From Tubulanus polymorphus (lineage: Eukaryota; Animalia; Nemertea), in NCBI RefSeq assembly GCF_964204645.1, contig NC_134030.1, positions 14,260,110-14,324,109 of the forward strand: a DNA stretch of 64,000 bases, written 5' to 3'. A program made the translations under genes and the position numbers. The number at the start of each line of letters is the position of its first letter. Position 1 is the first letter of the stretch. Under the pieces are notes generated by a model. The model worked only from the letters and a program-made list of their open reading frames with translations. It did not search any database and had not been told where the DNA came from. This document shows positions 1 to 14,900 of the stretch, in pieces.

Positions 1-716
1 GACATTTATTGAATTCTTTACCGAGTTAAATTGATAGTTTACGCGCTTTATCATTTTTGACATGTAGAAAACAGAAATGTGCCTCACCGATCATATTGTA
101 ACGGCGCATAGTTACTAACACTCGGTTGCTAAGGTGTCATAAATGGAGATTACTTTTGATTGTTTGAAAGTTAACCGCGTAGTGAGAAAGTGCTGTGTTT
201 GAAAAGTTACGATCTACCCGATAATATTCTATCAGTGGAAAGCAAAGACAGATCCTGGTGCGAGAGTTCATCATATTCATTCTGACCATTGAATTCGCTT
301 TTGAACTCAAGTCATTGGCCACTTATAATGTTGGTATTGATGTGTCAGTCTGGAATTGGTAATTTACTAGTGCTGATTTGTTACGGATAGTGAGAAACAT
401 TGATTAGTAAATTTTCATATACCATCTCGAGACGAGATAAAATAACGCATCTTGATTCACCGCTGAACTAATATCATAGAAATATAGATAATCAGTACAC
501 CTAATGAATTAAGCAGTTTTGTTGTATCAAACATCTGGAATTTGGCGGTCGAATATTGACGAAAACATTTATGTAATAAAAATGTAATTTAATCGTGAAT
601 CCTCGTATCAGAATGTCTGCACAATTATCTCATCTAAGTTAAATATTTTCTACAGTTCGATTAATTGCCTGAAATAGATTTTTGAGTTTTTCTTTTTTCG
701 TGAAAATGTAGCCCTG

Positions 717-859
717 GGGCTGGTTCAATAGTCGTGGCTATGACTTAAGACTATCCAGTCTTAGACTATCTTAGTTCTATAGCTAATCTAGCAGCTTAAG
801 ACCAGTCTAAAGATTTCTAGACCACTTTTTGGACTTAAGTCACGACTATGGAACCGTCC
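717..859. mobile_element. Short MITE with imperfect TIRs (PIF/Harbinger-like)
   Basis: GGGCTGGTTCAATAGTCGTG..GACTTAAG mirrored by CTTAAGTCACGACTATGGAACCGTCC; CTG on both flanks (714-716, 860-862) as possible 3-bp TSD. Confidence 0.55.
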
Positions 860-3049
860 CTGGGTTTTTTTCATGACCATGCCCATACGCCATTGGAAAA
901 TATATTTTCCAATATATCATACATGTTATTGCGTTGTCGCATATTTGTTTTGAAATGAAATTCAAGGTTTATGTTACGATTTGATTAGTTAATAACGTTT
1001 GGTGGCGAATTCCAAGAACAAAATATCTTGCCATCATAAAAAGATGTACTAGTAGGAGGTTTCATGCGTTCTTGCTCAAAAGTATAATGAAATAATTCCC
1101 TGGAGGTATCCAACGGCGATGGCCTGTATTTAGTATGGTATGAATCTTTGTACTTTTTCAACACGGTGACACAAACATGTACAAATCAGTAGAAATGTTT
1201 TCCGAAGCATTGTCTCTGCATCGTTATGCAGTTATCAGGAGCATCGCTCAATGAGCACCATCACCATTCAGTATATGAAGTCCCTAAGCCTACCTTTTAT
1301 TGAGTATGTACAGAAAATAAATATTCTATACATTTTATCACCCGACCTTCCAACGGGATTGTCCTACTTCATTCTTGACCTTAACGTCAATCTTCAAAAT
1401 TAGACGCAACGGAACATGATTTCAGAATTTAGTTTCTAACGTGACTTCCCGTTTTTAGGGGAATTGGTCAATAAGCAGCTAAATTCAAACTGGGGTTTGT
1501 TGTCAAACTGGAGCCTATATAGTAAGAAAATTAATTGTAGAAAGATCGCAACTTACCTGCTTTACTCTATCCTAACGTAATCTGACAAAACCCTCGGCGA
1601 TCTCCGAGACTTCTCAGAAAGATTGAAGAAAAATACTGATCTACCCTGGTGACGAGACTAAAACTAATTGTGCCCGTTTCTCTAAGTACATATATTTATA
1701 TATTAGTCCGCTGTTATGCCGTCGTTACTCATGCAATATGACGAGAGATGCTTCATCAAAACATCAAGCTTTAGTTCCGCGCGCGTGCGAGCTCTCACTC
1801 AAACGAGTGACGTCACGCGTCCGATCGGCGGAACAGTTGATCACCTGATCGGAAACTGGGCGTATTTTACCAGTGAATGTTTTATGGAGTTGTTCGAACG
1901 AGGTTGTCGAGTATCAGCAAAGCCTGGTTGTTGATATCCCTCTATTCTTAAACTGAGTGCTCAAATGGCTCCATAAGTCTCCGTTCTCAATCATACTATA
2001 CACTTACCGGTCATGGGAAAAAATCTCAATAACTATCCAAACTTTCAGCTAGCATTCAAAATGGCGATGTGACAATCGCAAATCTATCAATATAATGTAA
2101 AAGCAGAAAAATAAGAAACAGTTATTAAATTGGAGATATCGATTCCAACAAAACGCATCCCCTTTAGAATTCTTAATCTATCAATACATTGAGTCGTTGA
2201 AAATCTGAACATTCTATCAGAAGATATCGAGATAGAGTATTTGATTATTCAGAAATTATTTTGCTATAAAAAACAATAATCAATCACCTTCGAATATCCA
2301 TTTTAATATCTAATGTCTAAGTTGAGTCAAAAATGGCATAAAAGAAGGTTATACCTAGAATAATATTTCGTCGTAAAAATAGTTTCGCGATTAGTGACTA
2401 TTTCGAACCAAACAAATCTTATATGAAATCGTCATATTTCATTTCATTTGGAGTGAGTACTAAACTGTCGGAGACTTTTCTACGTGCTAGGTGAAAGATG
2501 AAAAATGGCAATGAGTTACTTGATCAATTAGAAGTATCTGTTATTTTGGAATATGTCTTTGGAACAAAGATGTTTGAATATTCATTCTAATTTGTTCGAC
2601 ACGACTGAACAAGAATTTAACCGAAACTATGCAGAAAATTGAATGAAAAGATTTATGACATTAATCATTGTGGACGTATTTCCACCTGAAAGCATACTAG
2701 CAGAGCAAATGGGTAGAAATTGAACTGGCGATCACTCAGAAAATCACTAACGTAATTTCAAGTGAGGTAACGTTTAAGACTTAAGTGGTTGGGTATTTAA
2801 ACGGATTTCGGTCGAGCCGCTACGGAAATAGCATGATTTAATAACCAGCATTGTAAGCGTCGGTTTTCAGCCTGTAGCACTGACTCAATATTAGACGCTA
2901 AAAGTGACATTAAATATTGACTGAATGGGTTGTCGCCGATCTCTTCGCGAGAGTGTCGCCATCTCAAATAATAGAGAGGCCTGACCGCAATAGGTTCAAT
3001 ACATACAAAAACAATGTTGTTTAAATCGTCCTAATAATGAAAACTTCTT

Positions 3050-4800
3050 TTTCTTCCCAACGAACTCGCTAGAAATTGATGAAATAGTAAAGAAATTCTC
3101 TGGAAATAAAGGTATTGGCATTGACGGGATTTCTATGGAAATAGTTAAATGATGTGATTAAATATCCACTACACATATATTCTACAATAGCCTACAATCT
3201 GGAGTGGCCCCTGCTGAACTAAAAATTGCTCGGGTGTGCGCTCTGTATAAAAACGGTGAATGCTATTCCTTTGACAATTATCGACCTCTATCTATTTTAC
3301 CATGTTTTTCGAAGATACTAGAAAAACTCGTTCATAAACGTTTAGCCGCTTTTTGTGATAAATTTGAAATTATTGATCACAACCAATTTGGATTACGGAC
3401 AAACTATTCAACATCAATGGCATTAACTCGTACATCGTATAAAAGATAACAACGATTGGAATATTTTTGGATTTGTCTAAAGCTTTCGATACAGTGAATC
3501 ACGGTATACTTTTGGAAAAACTTAACCATTATGGTATTAAAGGCACGGCACTTAATTGGTTTCAAAATTACTTAGAAGGTCGCAAACAAACAGTTCAGAT
3601 TAAAGATATCAAATCTACCGCTTTAGATATTGATATTGCAGTACCACAGGGCTATATTTTAGGTTCACTATTTATATTATTATATAAATGACTGTACTTG
3701 TGCATCCAATGTCCTAAAGTTCATTTTATTTGCTAATGACACGAATGCTTTCTATATTGGTCATCTCATTGACCGCCTGAACGATACAATGAATATTGAA
3801 CTTTCGAAACTTGTTTGGTGTGTGCCAACAAGTGATCAATTAATATTAGTAAGACTTATTATATTATATTTAGTAAAACTTTTGTTGGTAATGCAAAGAT
3901 TTATATCGACGATCGTGAAATTGAACGTGTCCATACTACTAATTTTTGGGGGGTTTTAATAGATGAAAAACGGTCATGGGATGATCACATAAAATCTATA
4001 TGTAACAAATGTCACGTTTTGTTGGCGTTTTACATCGTGTTAAACACAAGTTGTCTTCCAATTCTTTACGTACCTCGTATTCATCCTTAATAGAGCCATA
4101 TCTTCAATATTGTGATATTGTTGGGGGAAGAACTTCCGATTATAAACTGCCTCCATTAACAATCCTACGAAAACGTGCAGTCCGTTTGGTCAGCAAATCC
4201 GATTGTTTAGAACACACTGATCCTATTTTTGCTCAGTTAAATATACTAAAAATTAAGAATATGAACAAACTCCAACTAGCTATTTTTGTACATAAATTCG
4301 TCAGTTCAAAATTACCTAGAACCTTTAACAACTATTGGAACTTCAATTATCAAATTCATGCTAAACCTACGCGTAATAAATTAAAATTAAGATTGCCTTA
4401 TTTTAAAACTGTAACTAGAAAATCTTCTGTTAAAATATCCGATCCCCTATCAGAATCAATTCTAACAATACAAAGCGAACCTGCCCTTAAGCGTACCTGC
4501 ATTAAATCATTATTCAGCACTTGGTAAATTTTCATTCTATACAAACCTATGTTAATGTATAAAATGTGTAAACATTTTTTGTTTCGTTTCGCCTTTAATT
4601 ACTTGTGTGCATGATGTGTGAGTGTGATGAATGTGGTGTGGGGTGTGGATGCTTCTGGGTGATATGGCCTAGACAGACCGTTTCAGTCTCTCCGTAAAGC
4701 CCCATTATACTGTTACATTTTTCTTCGTTTAATCATACTTATTATATCGTCTAATAATGTGACATTTTACTGAAAATGAATTTCAATTTCAACAAATAAA
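3050..4800 (+). mobile_element. 5'-truncated, decayed non-LTR retrotransposon (CR1/L2 group): RT domain and 3' UTR
   Basis: RT motifs across ORFs 3204-3449, 3467-3691, 4009-4527: NYRPLSILPCFSKILEK, NQFGLR, FLDLSKAFDTV, VPQGYILG, FANDT (decayed FADDT at ~3729); stops/frameshifts; TG-rich 3' UTR ending in short TTTCAA repeats. Confidence 0.9.
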
Positions 4801-7316
4801 ACTTTTTTGTAATGAGGTTATCACATCTCTTTTAACCTTGGGCTTTTTTAACAATAAATTTCATTTAATTAAGCAGGTGATATGTGACGCATACGTGGCG
4901 TATAACGAAGAGGTAATAAAATTTAAGGAAATTGATAGCTTACGCTACGTTGTCTAATATTCCCAAACTGGCTGAAACACCCGGTTTTCTCAACTAATAT
5001 TTAGAAGGTCCATTGACCTTTTGTACAATTTCAACTGTAGATATTGGTGGCAAACGGAGACTTCACTTTAGGCATACTCTTAAACATAGTTCATTAATGA
5101 GCCAACTAACTCATAAGGCTGATATTCAAACCCCTAACATAGATACATGCCGTAGTCTGTCAACAAGTTATAACAATAAGTTATAACCTTGTTTTTATTG
5201 TTGATATGATATGATCTATTTTATCCACAGGAATTTTCATAATTAAGAAAATACAGTAGAAAATAATTGGTTGACACCATGCAAGCTTAAAAGCTGCACT
5301 GCCGCAAGTGCTATGACAAGGAACCCCAGTGAAAAAGAAATGTACAAAAACAAATGAATAAGGTGCGGTATTTTGTCATATATAAATCATAGGAATTTCA
5401 AAACTACGAAGTCCAGGAGAATCTGAAAATCCATGGCTTGTTATGTAAAACCTCTCAAAGGTTTGACGTTTTCATTTCATGATTTTATTTTTTTTATTAG
5501 TTCTGAGAGTAAGTTCTGTTAGCTCTTGGTGGCAAAAATTGTAAACACTAGATATACACAGCTTGATATTTTGGTTATTAGGAGGGAGATAGGTGTTGGA
5601 ATTAATGTGGAGAATTCCGTCCACTCGCTCTTAGCCGTTTAGAATGACTGGGAGAAAATGGGAAAAATTGCATTGAATTTTTCCCCATTCTATTAATCGA
5701 TGCACATCACAGGGAAAGCCCTTTAGAAGGGTATAACTTGAAAAGCCCTTTAGAAGGGCTTTACCAGTGGTGTCCTTATCAAGAACATGGTTGTGATTGT
5801 GCTGCCATGTGCTAGTGAGTCTTGCCATACCCATGCCATGTATATCATCAAAGTCGAACATACCTAGTACTGCACAGTGGACCATGATTTCATCTTTATC
5901 AGCTGTTTATACGCTATTGCAAACCCGAGAACAAATCGATTTTCAATAGTAAAATGTCCTCAGTTGATCCTACTGGACACACGGTCCTTTATTTCATAGT
6001 AATGCCCCCCTTAAAAAAACGTTTACAATAATAACGACATTGCAGTGCGCACTGAATGATTCGGTTCGGGGAATTGTTGACAGTGATTTGGCTGCATTAT
6101 CATACGTCTTCGAGCGCGAAGAAGATGTTTATCTTTGAGTAAAATAAAGGTAAAAATCTTTCACCCCGGATGTATCACTTTTTAATGCAAATGATCGATT
6201 GCAAATTTAGAAAAATTGATGAAAATGATACGTGAGGGGATAGATTGGTGATAAGATCTTATATGAGACCATATTTTCTATAGAGATATGTATATATCAT
6301 AAGCTAAATCAGATGTGTTAGTTGAACTTCATGCTTGATTTAACTCACACTCTCGGTGCACCATTAGTCAGGTAACAACTAGACCTTCAGGTGAAACATT
6401 ATCCAATAATACAGAGTACCCTCACTTACCACCGACAGCTACAATGCTGTATATCTATGTGTATCGCTATACTACTGCCCAGGTACGTAGCGATATGTGC
6501 AGGTAGAATTTGACACAAGATAATTATACCGTTATAAGTTTGGTTTACTCTGCAGTCAGTTATAGCTAAACTCTATAGGTTCTAGGTTGGTGGCTTCAGT
6601 CAACTCATTTCATTTATATGCGTGAGTTTCATTTTCATCGGACCTACAGTTCACTGTACGTTAAGATTCAGTGGGTTAAACTGTGGGTTAATTAAACGAC
6701 TGGAACCAAGTCCACATTTTTGATCCCAGAAATAGTCTTCTCACATTTTTGCATTTGTGCATTCGATCTTAGTTTGTTTCTGGTCCACAGGTGGGTTGAA
6801 TTGTCATCATGACCTCACGGGTTTCATTTGATTGGGTTTATTTTGGCTACGCACTATCCTTGGAAGAATCTAACAATTTTATTTTATTTTCAAATGTGGG
6901 GTTATGAAAGGGTAGGGATAAACCGAATGAGCAAACGCAATAGAATCTGCTCAGGGGAATATGCTAGTCGCGTAGGCCATTTCATCGCAGTCTTATTATA
7001 ATTTCCTTTAAACTCCATAAAATGGTGAAACTATTCTTATTCAAAAGGTGCTTGAGTGAACTTCGCGCTTACATAATTGAAGAGGGGGCTTAAATCAACT
7101 GTTAGTCGAAGTCGTATAACTCAGTAAAGTTTCAAAATCGCCAGGGTATGATGTCTCTCACTGCGCTGTTGATTCGGCGTTTTGATTCAAATGATTTATT
7201 ATGATTTATTTATAGTTGTCGAATAAACACTATAATCTGTGTAAACTGTAGATAAATGAAGAAATCCCACACTTCGAATTTGAAATTATATGATCAAATT
7301 TATTATTACGAAACCC

Positions 7317-7352
7317 CAACGTTTCGGCTGTTGACTAACAGCCATCACCAGG
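7317..7352 (-). ncRNA. Degenerate minimal hammerhead ribozyme motif (Penelope-like element remnant)
   Basis: Minus strand CCTGGTGA-T-GGCTGTT-AGTC-AACAGCC-GAAACGTT followed by AATAAA; core is CUGGUGA rather than CUGANGA. Confidence 0.5.
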
Positions 7353-7495
7353 TGGAATGACCAGAAAAACAAGTAACAAAGCATATAAACTCACAGGATC
7401 TAAAATAGAAGCAGTGTGTCAAAAACCAGTATTTAGCTGATTCCACTATGTGTCTCTTATGAATATCTTTGCAAGGATAAATAATGTAATCTATA

Positions 7496-8281
<786 letters not shown>

Positions 8282-8463
8282 AATCGGTCCTCCGTATTAT
8301 TATGTGGAAACTTCGACGTACATAGTCATAAAATCAGTTACAGCAAACCTCCAGCTTAAATCTCGAACCACAAAATTGCCCCCTCTTAATAGTGAAGGTG
8401 ATGATTTGAAAGAAATCATAGACTGGAAACCCGAGAAAAGGGAGCAATTTTCTATAGCACTTG

Positions 8464-8782
8464 GAGAGGAAAGCATTCTTAGCGACAATAAATAACAGAA
8501 TTAAACCAGCAAAAAACAATTTGAAATAAAAAAGTTAGTTGATGTTACAAAAGAAATTGAACATAAAATATTGAAATTAGAAACGATAAAAACTAAATAT
8601 GGAGATACAATATCAGCAAATTTAAGTTACTGTAGTGTTAGTACAACGCGAGAATTTTAAGTATTTTACCTGATAAATGGGCTTCATTGAGTACAGAGGA
8701 ATTAAAAGATTTAGAAGGATTTAATATAATCTATCATGGAAAAAATGAACACGATCATCATGATTTAGAAATTGTTGACTAA
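8464..8782 (+). pseudogene. N-truncated copy of the small Polinton protein at 27742-28069
   Basis: KAFLATINNRIKPAK..KKLVDVTKE..IKTKYGDTISANLSYC..LPDKW..HHDLEIVD, with frameshifts. Confidence 0.7.
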
Positions 8783-8943
8783 ATAAAAAACAAATAATGA
8801 AAAATAAAATAATGAAAAAAATAAAAATAATGAATATCTAGAATCAGAAATGACTTATCTGGACAATTTAATTGCTCCGCATAGATAGACAAAAGTAGTG
8901 AGATATTCAATTAATTAAAAATGAAATTACTTTTCTGCTTTTT

Positions 8944-10564
8944 AGCGAACCTAGTTGGTCTTGTGCCAATATTGCTAGAAAGTGATGTTAACGAGCTACA
9001 TTTTGAAACGGTGATAGACCCGGTCGTATTTCTTGTTGCAGATTATTCAAATAGCCTAATACTCGCTATTGTGCGAATTTCGTTGCGATGTGATTGATCT
9101 AAGCTGTAAAATTTTAGATAATTTGAAAATTTCCTTAGCTTTAATATAGTTTGACATGACCTGGAATGACCTAAGTCATGCATAATCATTAGCAGATGCG
9201 CATGCGCTTAACACTGTGTAGAATGACAGGAGGATCCTCGCTAAAATAGATCCATTTTGTAAAATATCAAGCTGTGTATTGACGATTACTGTTAAGAAAA
9301 CAAATGGCGGAAAAGCACGTTACATTTTTATGCTTTGGTCACTGACTCTTGAAATAAGAGTACCGTCGACGTCAAGATACTCGAAGAAACCGTAGCGTAT
9401 TAACTTCCACCAGTCGTCGGGTATGGTACATGTACGAGGGAGGGAGGTAAGTCTTCAGTTTCTCCTGATGAATTAACGAATCACAATGTATATCCAATAA
9501 AAAGACCTTCATTTTTTCATGACTGGACCTCGTTTGTAAAAAAAATGCCTGCTGAATCGGAATACAAACTTCTTTCAGCTATATCGTTTGCTACTATAGG
9601 TTATTAGGAGAAAAAAAATAATCTTCCACCCCTCCACTTTTTACTCAATGGATTTGATGGCCTTGCGATTGCGCAATACCGATTAATGATGGCAGCACCA
9701 GCTTGCCAATTGAGAACTCTCCACATTTGCGGCTGTCCCTGAAGCTATTTTAATAGCGAATGTGCGATTACTGAATTATTTCCGAAAAAAGTTATAGAAC
9801 ATAATTAAAGACCTGATTTAGCGATATGAACGGTGGGTTTGAATTGCTTTGTCTTCTTATCTGTCGCTACAATGCGTGTTTGTGCATGAAAACAGTTTCT
9901 TCAATGATTTTGATAGAACATTGCACAGGCGTTTAAAACATTTCTTGAGGGTGGCCAGGCTGAAATTTCGAGATGATACGAACGAACTTGTTATTTAGCG
10001 TAATTTAGCAACTCGCGATATTTGGTCATTTATTAGTTTGCTAGGGCAATGGAATACAGAAGCATCAGTAAAACATACATTTTCTCTTTTTTACCTTCAG
10101 GGCCTCTTGTTTAGGTAATGATCTGGCGAGTAGCAGTCATTAAACTTATAACAAAAATTACGACGTTCACGGGAAACCAAAACCTAGATACATGTACGAC
10201 GGAACATCTGAACTATTCAAGATTCAAGTTATTGTAAAAAAATTAGCTTGTTATTTTGCAAAAAAATAAAACATTTTATTTTATATATATGAAGTGTTAC
10301 CTCTCCATCTCACAGTTCTTTGTCAACTAAGCTTTGATTATTACCCCCCCCCCCCTCCACCCCAATTTCAAATGCAAAGTTCAATGTTACCACAGGATTG
10401 ACTGGTAAGATAAACAATACCAGACTTAATCTCTCGATGAGATCTTCCTGACCAAGTACTTATTGGGACCAGGTCAGCAGCTACTTCTTTGAAAGCATAT
10501 TTCGCTTTCTTCCTTTACTTCTCAGATTATCAAGTTGGGGAGCTTCTGGGCCATTGGTCCTTTA
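8944..10564. mobile_element. ~1.6-kb non-coding insertion into the left arm, probably Helentron/HINE-derived and composite
   Basis: Absent from the right arm; sits in a T run without TSD; begins TTTTTAGCG, ends with hairpin GGGCCATTGGTCC-TTTATTT; an internal GGGCCTCTTGTTT end-like motif near 10100. Confidence 0.6.
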
Positions 10565-10856
10565 TTTTCTAAAATATTAATCCATTTTTTATAGTGAACT
10601 TTGGAATTTCAACAGTAGTAGTTTCCGAATCATTAATATGATAAATTTTATTTGATTTTTATACCAACTACACCCAATCAAAATGAATAGAATTACAAAT
10701 CCAGCTGCAAAATATAGATATTTATCAAATATTCTATTATCAGAAGGAGTAGAAATAACAATATTTTCACCATTATCATTAACATTTTCATTATTTATTT
10801 TTTCTTTTTTAGCTTTTTTAAATTCTTTTGATTTAATTCCTAATTAGATAGACCAT

Positions 10857-11471
10857 TCAATTTGTTTCTGAGTTCTCGGTTTTTTCTTCACAATTAATTC
10901 CTTCAATTCTTCCATTTCGCTCATTTATTATACATGTAGAAAAATTTTTACTTTCAATATTTGAAAATGTTATAACTCCAATTGATAATAATGTCATAAA
11001 TCCACCTAATTGAAATGATAAATTTCCAATCCATTTATTTAATTCAGTCATAACTAAATAATAATTTTTTAAATCGAAATATAATTTATTTTCATCTTGA
11101 ATTGGTAGCATATATTTACGTAATTTACTATAACCTTTTACTACATTTTCTGATATCGCGTCATTAATTCTAGCTATTCTCGCAGTTTCATGAATCTTAA
11201 ATAATTTAATAATTTCATCTGATTTCATTGTATCTAATTCATTATAAGTTAAATTTTTACTAATAAAACTTTTACATTTCCCAGATGCAATTAATATTTC
11301 TAAGTGATGTTTGCAATAAATATAATATTCACAATTATTGTTTGTAGTAATATCATTTAAAGCACCATTATTATCTGGTGTTAATTTTGTTTCTGTTATA
11401 CCCAAATCATCCAAAGTTTTTTCAATTGGAACATCACTATTTTTAGATTTTCCTTTCTTTTCACCTCCCAT
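10857..11471 (-). CDS. Polinton hypothetical protein, 204 aa, hydrophobic C-terminal segment (intact copy in left arm)
   Basis: Open ORF with ATAAATG start; near-identical frameshifted copy at 26709-27315 (+). Confidence 0.75.
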   Translation of the reverse strand: MGGEKKGKSKNSDVPIEKTLDDLGITETKLTPDNNGALNDITTNNNCEYYIYCKHHLEILIASGKCKSFISKNLTYNELDTMKSDEIIKLFKIHETARIARINDAISENVVKGYSKLRKYMLPIQDENKLYFDLKNYYLVMTELNKWIGNLSFQLGGFMTLLSIGVITFSNIESKNFSTCIINERNGRIEGINCEEKTENSETN

Positions 11472-11494
11472 TTATATAACAAAAAATTAATTGT

Positions 11495-11780
11495 GTTGTT
11501 GCAACTGATATTTAACTAGAATGTATCTAAAAATATACTAGATTAACAAGCTAGTTGAAATATTATTGTTTCTATTTGATTTTTGTTTCAACTACCAATA
11601 ACTAAAATTTAACTAGAATGTAACTAAAAATATACTAGATTAACAAGCTAGTTGGAATATTATTGTTTTTGTTTATTTCTTGTTGAATTTTATTTGATTT
11701 TTGTTTCAACTACCAATAACTAAAATTTAACTAGAATGTCACTTAAAATATAATAGATTATCAAGATAGTTGAGTTTCGA
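11495..11780. repeat. Short tandem repeats at inner edge of left arm
   Basis: TTTAACTAGAATGTA..AAAATATACTAGATTAACAAGCTAGTTG three times; inverse of 26390-26690. Confidence 0.8.
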
Positions 11781-11971
11781 TAAATTCATATTTAAAGGGG
11801 TGTTGTAATCGAAATAGTAATTTTGACCATTTATTATTTTTCAATTTATCCATATATTTATTGTGTAAATCATGCGGAATAATATCAGTAATTGGTAAAT
11901 CAGGGTTTCAGGCCAGAGGGCGATAGGGCGACACACCACTCATCACCACAAGTAATTTATTTTCTAATAAA

Positions 11972-14900
11972 ATGGGAGACAGTGAGTACCAGACAGAAAA
12001 AAATGATGTTAATGAAAATCAATATTATTGTACATATTGTAAAAAAAAAAATTGATAAATCTCATAAAGCACGACATGAAAAAACTGCAAATCATATAAA
12101 AAATGTTATAGATTTTGAAACTCCAGAAAATTCCAATTAAAGAAAAGAACGATTAGAAAATATGAATGTGGATAAAATAAGATGTGAAGTAATGAATTTA
12201 TAGCAAAAAGGAATTATAAAAGACATCTCGAATCACAAAAACACCATCAAAATTTGAGTAAAAATGTTTTAGGAACAGATTATTTTGATGATAAACCTCA
12301 ACAAGCAAAAAACCAGTTTCAAAAACTAAATCTATTTCAAATAAACCTTACATGGAAAATGTTAGAAATTATATCGATTCACTAGAAATAAAAGATACAA
12401 TTGAAATTTTAGAAACATTACGCAGTAAAATTGGGCCTGCAGCTATTATATTTAGATTTTTTAAAGGAGCAACAATAGAAGATTATAGTAAATTTATTGA
12501 AATCATGGAAAAAATACTAGATTTGGTAACAGATGTTGAATATCCAAAAATTAGTATTTCTGGAAAAGTAAGTTTTATCAAATCAGAAGAAAAAATGGAT
12601 TATAATATTCAAACATACTCTGAAGAAATAATTTCAAAAACACAAATAAAAGAGAAATTAGAAAAAAATATTTCATGAATTTAAACGTCATATTAAGGAA
12701 AGATATTTTGAGAGTCCTGGTTTAACATTGAATGAAATTATATTTTTAGATTTCAATATTTATAATACAAAAAGGAATAAAGCATCAAAAAGTAAAACAA
12801 TGTTTAAAAATGATTCAAACTTTACCACAGAAAAGGATATTTAAGCAACAAGTTATATCAAATTACCATTTACAACAAAAGCAGTAATAAATGTTCAAAA
12901 TGAAGATAATAAATGTTTTCTATGGTCAATTATTAGTTGCTTACATCCAACAGAAGAACATGTTTATAGAATAACAGATTACCGGAAATATGAAACATTA
13001 TATAAAACTGATCAATATCCTGTAACTATAAAAATGATACCTAAAATAGAAAAAGTTGATAATTTAAAAATTAATGTATTCGAATTAATGCAATTACCAG
13101 AGACAAAAGGTGAAAACATTAAAGATTATACATTTTAACAGAATATTATGATGATGAAAATGTTATAGATTTGTTATATTACAAAAACGATGAAAATGAA
13201 CATTATATGTGGTTAAAACAAATAGATTTATTCTTTAGAAGAGGAAGTGATCATCATAATAAAATTTATCTATGTAGAAAATGTTTATCTAAATTTATTA
13301 CTGGGAATGCGTAACTAAAACATAAAGAATTATGTGATAATAAAGATTTTTGTAAATTAATAATGCCAACAAAAAAAGATTGTCAGTTGAAATTTACTAA
13401 TCATAAATTTAAAAATATTGTTCCATTTGTAATTTATTGGGATTTTGAATCGTTGAATAAAGAATTAACTGATCAAGATAGAAAAGAAATATATAATAAA
13501 AAGCAATTTTTAAAATCAATGGATTAAGGAAATGAGCTAAATGAAGATATAATTCAAGACCCACCAATTATAAATACAATTAAAAAGGTTCATCAAAGAG
13601 CTGCTGCTTATGGAATTTATATAAAATCAAATTATCCTGAATTATATGAAAGTCAATATATTTCTTTTAGAGGTGAAGATGTAGTTAATGATTTTTGTAA
13701 TAAAATAATTGAATTAGAAAAAGATTTTGCAAAATTATTAAACAAAAATAAATGTAATATCGTTATGACAAAAGAAGATGAAATTGATTTTAATTATGCA
13801 ACTCATTGTTGTTACTGTGAAAAACGTTTTTATTCATTTGATAAAAATGTTAGAGATCATGATCATTTAAATTCAGAATATCGTGGAGCTGCTCATGAAG
13901 ATTGCAATTTACAAGCTAAGAAAGTTAATTTCGTACCAATATTATTTCATAATTTATCAGGCTATGATACCCATCTATTTATAAAATAATTATCAGGAAA
14001 ATTGGGCGCAATTAATCAAGAAATAGAAGAATATAATGCTATGAATGAAGCAAATGTAAGAAAATATGATTTTAAACTATTAGCTAAAACATCTGAAAAT
14101 TATATTTCATTTCAATTTGGTTGCATTAGATTTTTAGATTCTTATAGATTTCTAACAAGTTCATTAGATAATTTAGCAAAAAGTTTAGTTGATAATGATT
14201 TTATAATGACTCGACATTATTCCCCAAATGAACAAGATTTTAAATCATTGACATATAAAGGCGCAATTCCTTTTCATTTTTCGCAATTCATTTTATAAAA
14301 CACATGATGATTTTAATGTAACAGAATTATTAAAAGAACAATTTTATGATCAATTAAAAGAGGAGTATGTGAAAGATGAAGTGTTTAATAGAACATAAAA
14401 TATTTGGAATCACTTTAAGATAAAAAATCATGGTGAATTAGTAGATTTATACTTAAAATCAGATGTTATGATATTGGCTGACATATTTGAAAATTTTAGA
14501 GAAGTTAATTTAAATCATTTTAATGTTGATCCCTGTTATTGTTATTCAAGTCCTGGTTTAACTTGGCAATGTGGTTTAAATTATACAAATGTAGAATTAG
14601 ATTTATTAAAAGAACCAGACATGGTTTTATTATTTGAAAAATCAATTAGAAGATGAAAATGATGATAAAAGTTATTGGGAAGTGCAATTATGGGTTTAAA
14701 AGATGAAGCACCAATTGGTTATTTCTTTGTAGTTGATTTAGAATATCCTGATAACATAAAGTTTAAAACAAGAAACTGACCATATTGCCCAGAACATTTA
14801 GCCGCAGATGATAGTTATTTAAGTGAATACCAGAAGAAAATAAAACCGAAAGATCATGATTTTACAGAAAAATTAATACTTAATCAAAATAATAAATACA

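Larger units (their letters stand above)
8464..11780. repeat. Left arm of long Polinton inverted repeat (interrupted by insertion 8944-10564)
   Basis: 8464-8943 is the reverse complement of ~27600-28065; 10565-11780 is the reverse complement of ~26390-27600. Confidence 0.9.

Noticed and set aside
137-2070. Possible host gene: ORFs 137-322 and 1716-1934, minus-strand donor at ~1556, TGACGTCA at ~1808, AAAATGGCG at ~2058
   Set aside because: Promoter-like but no recognisable protein or exon chain; cannot be supported without transcripts
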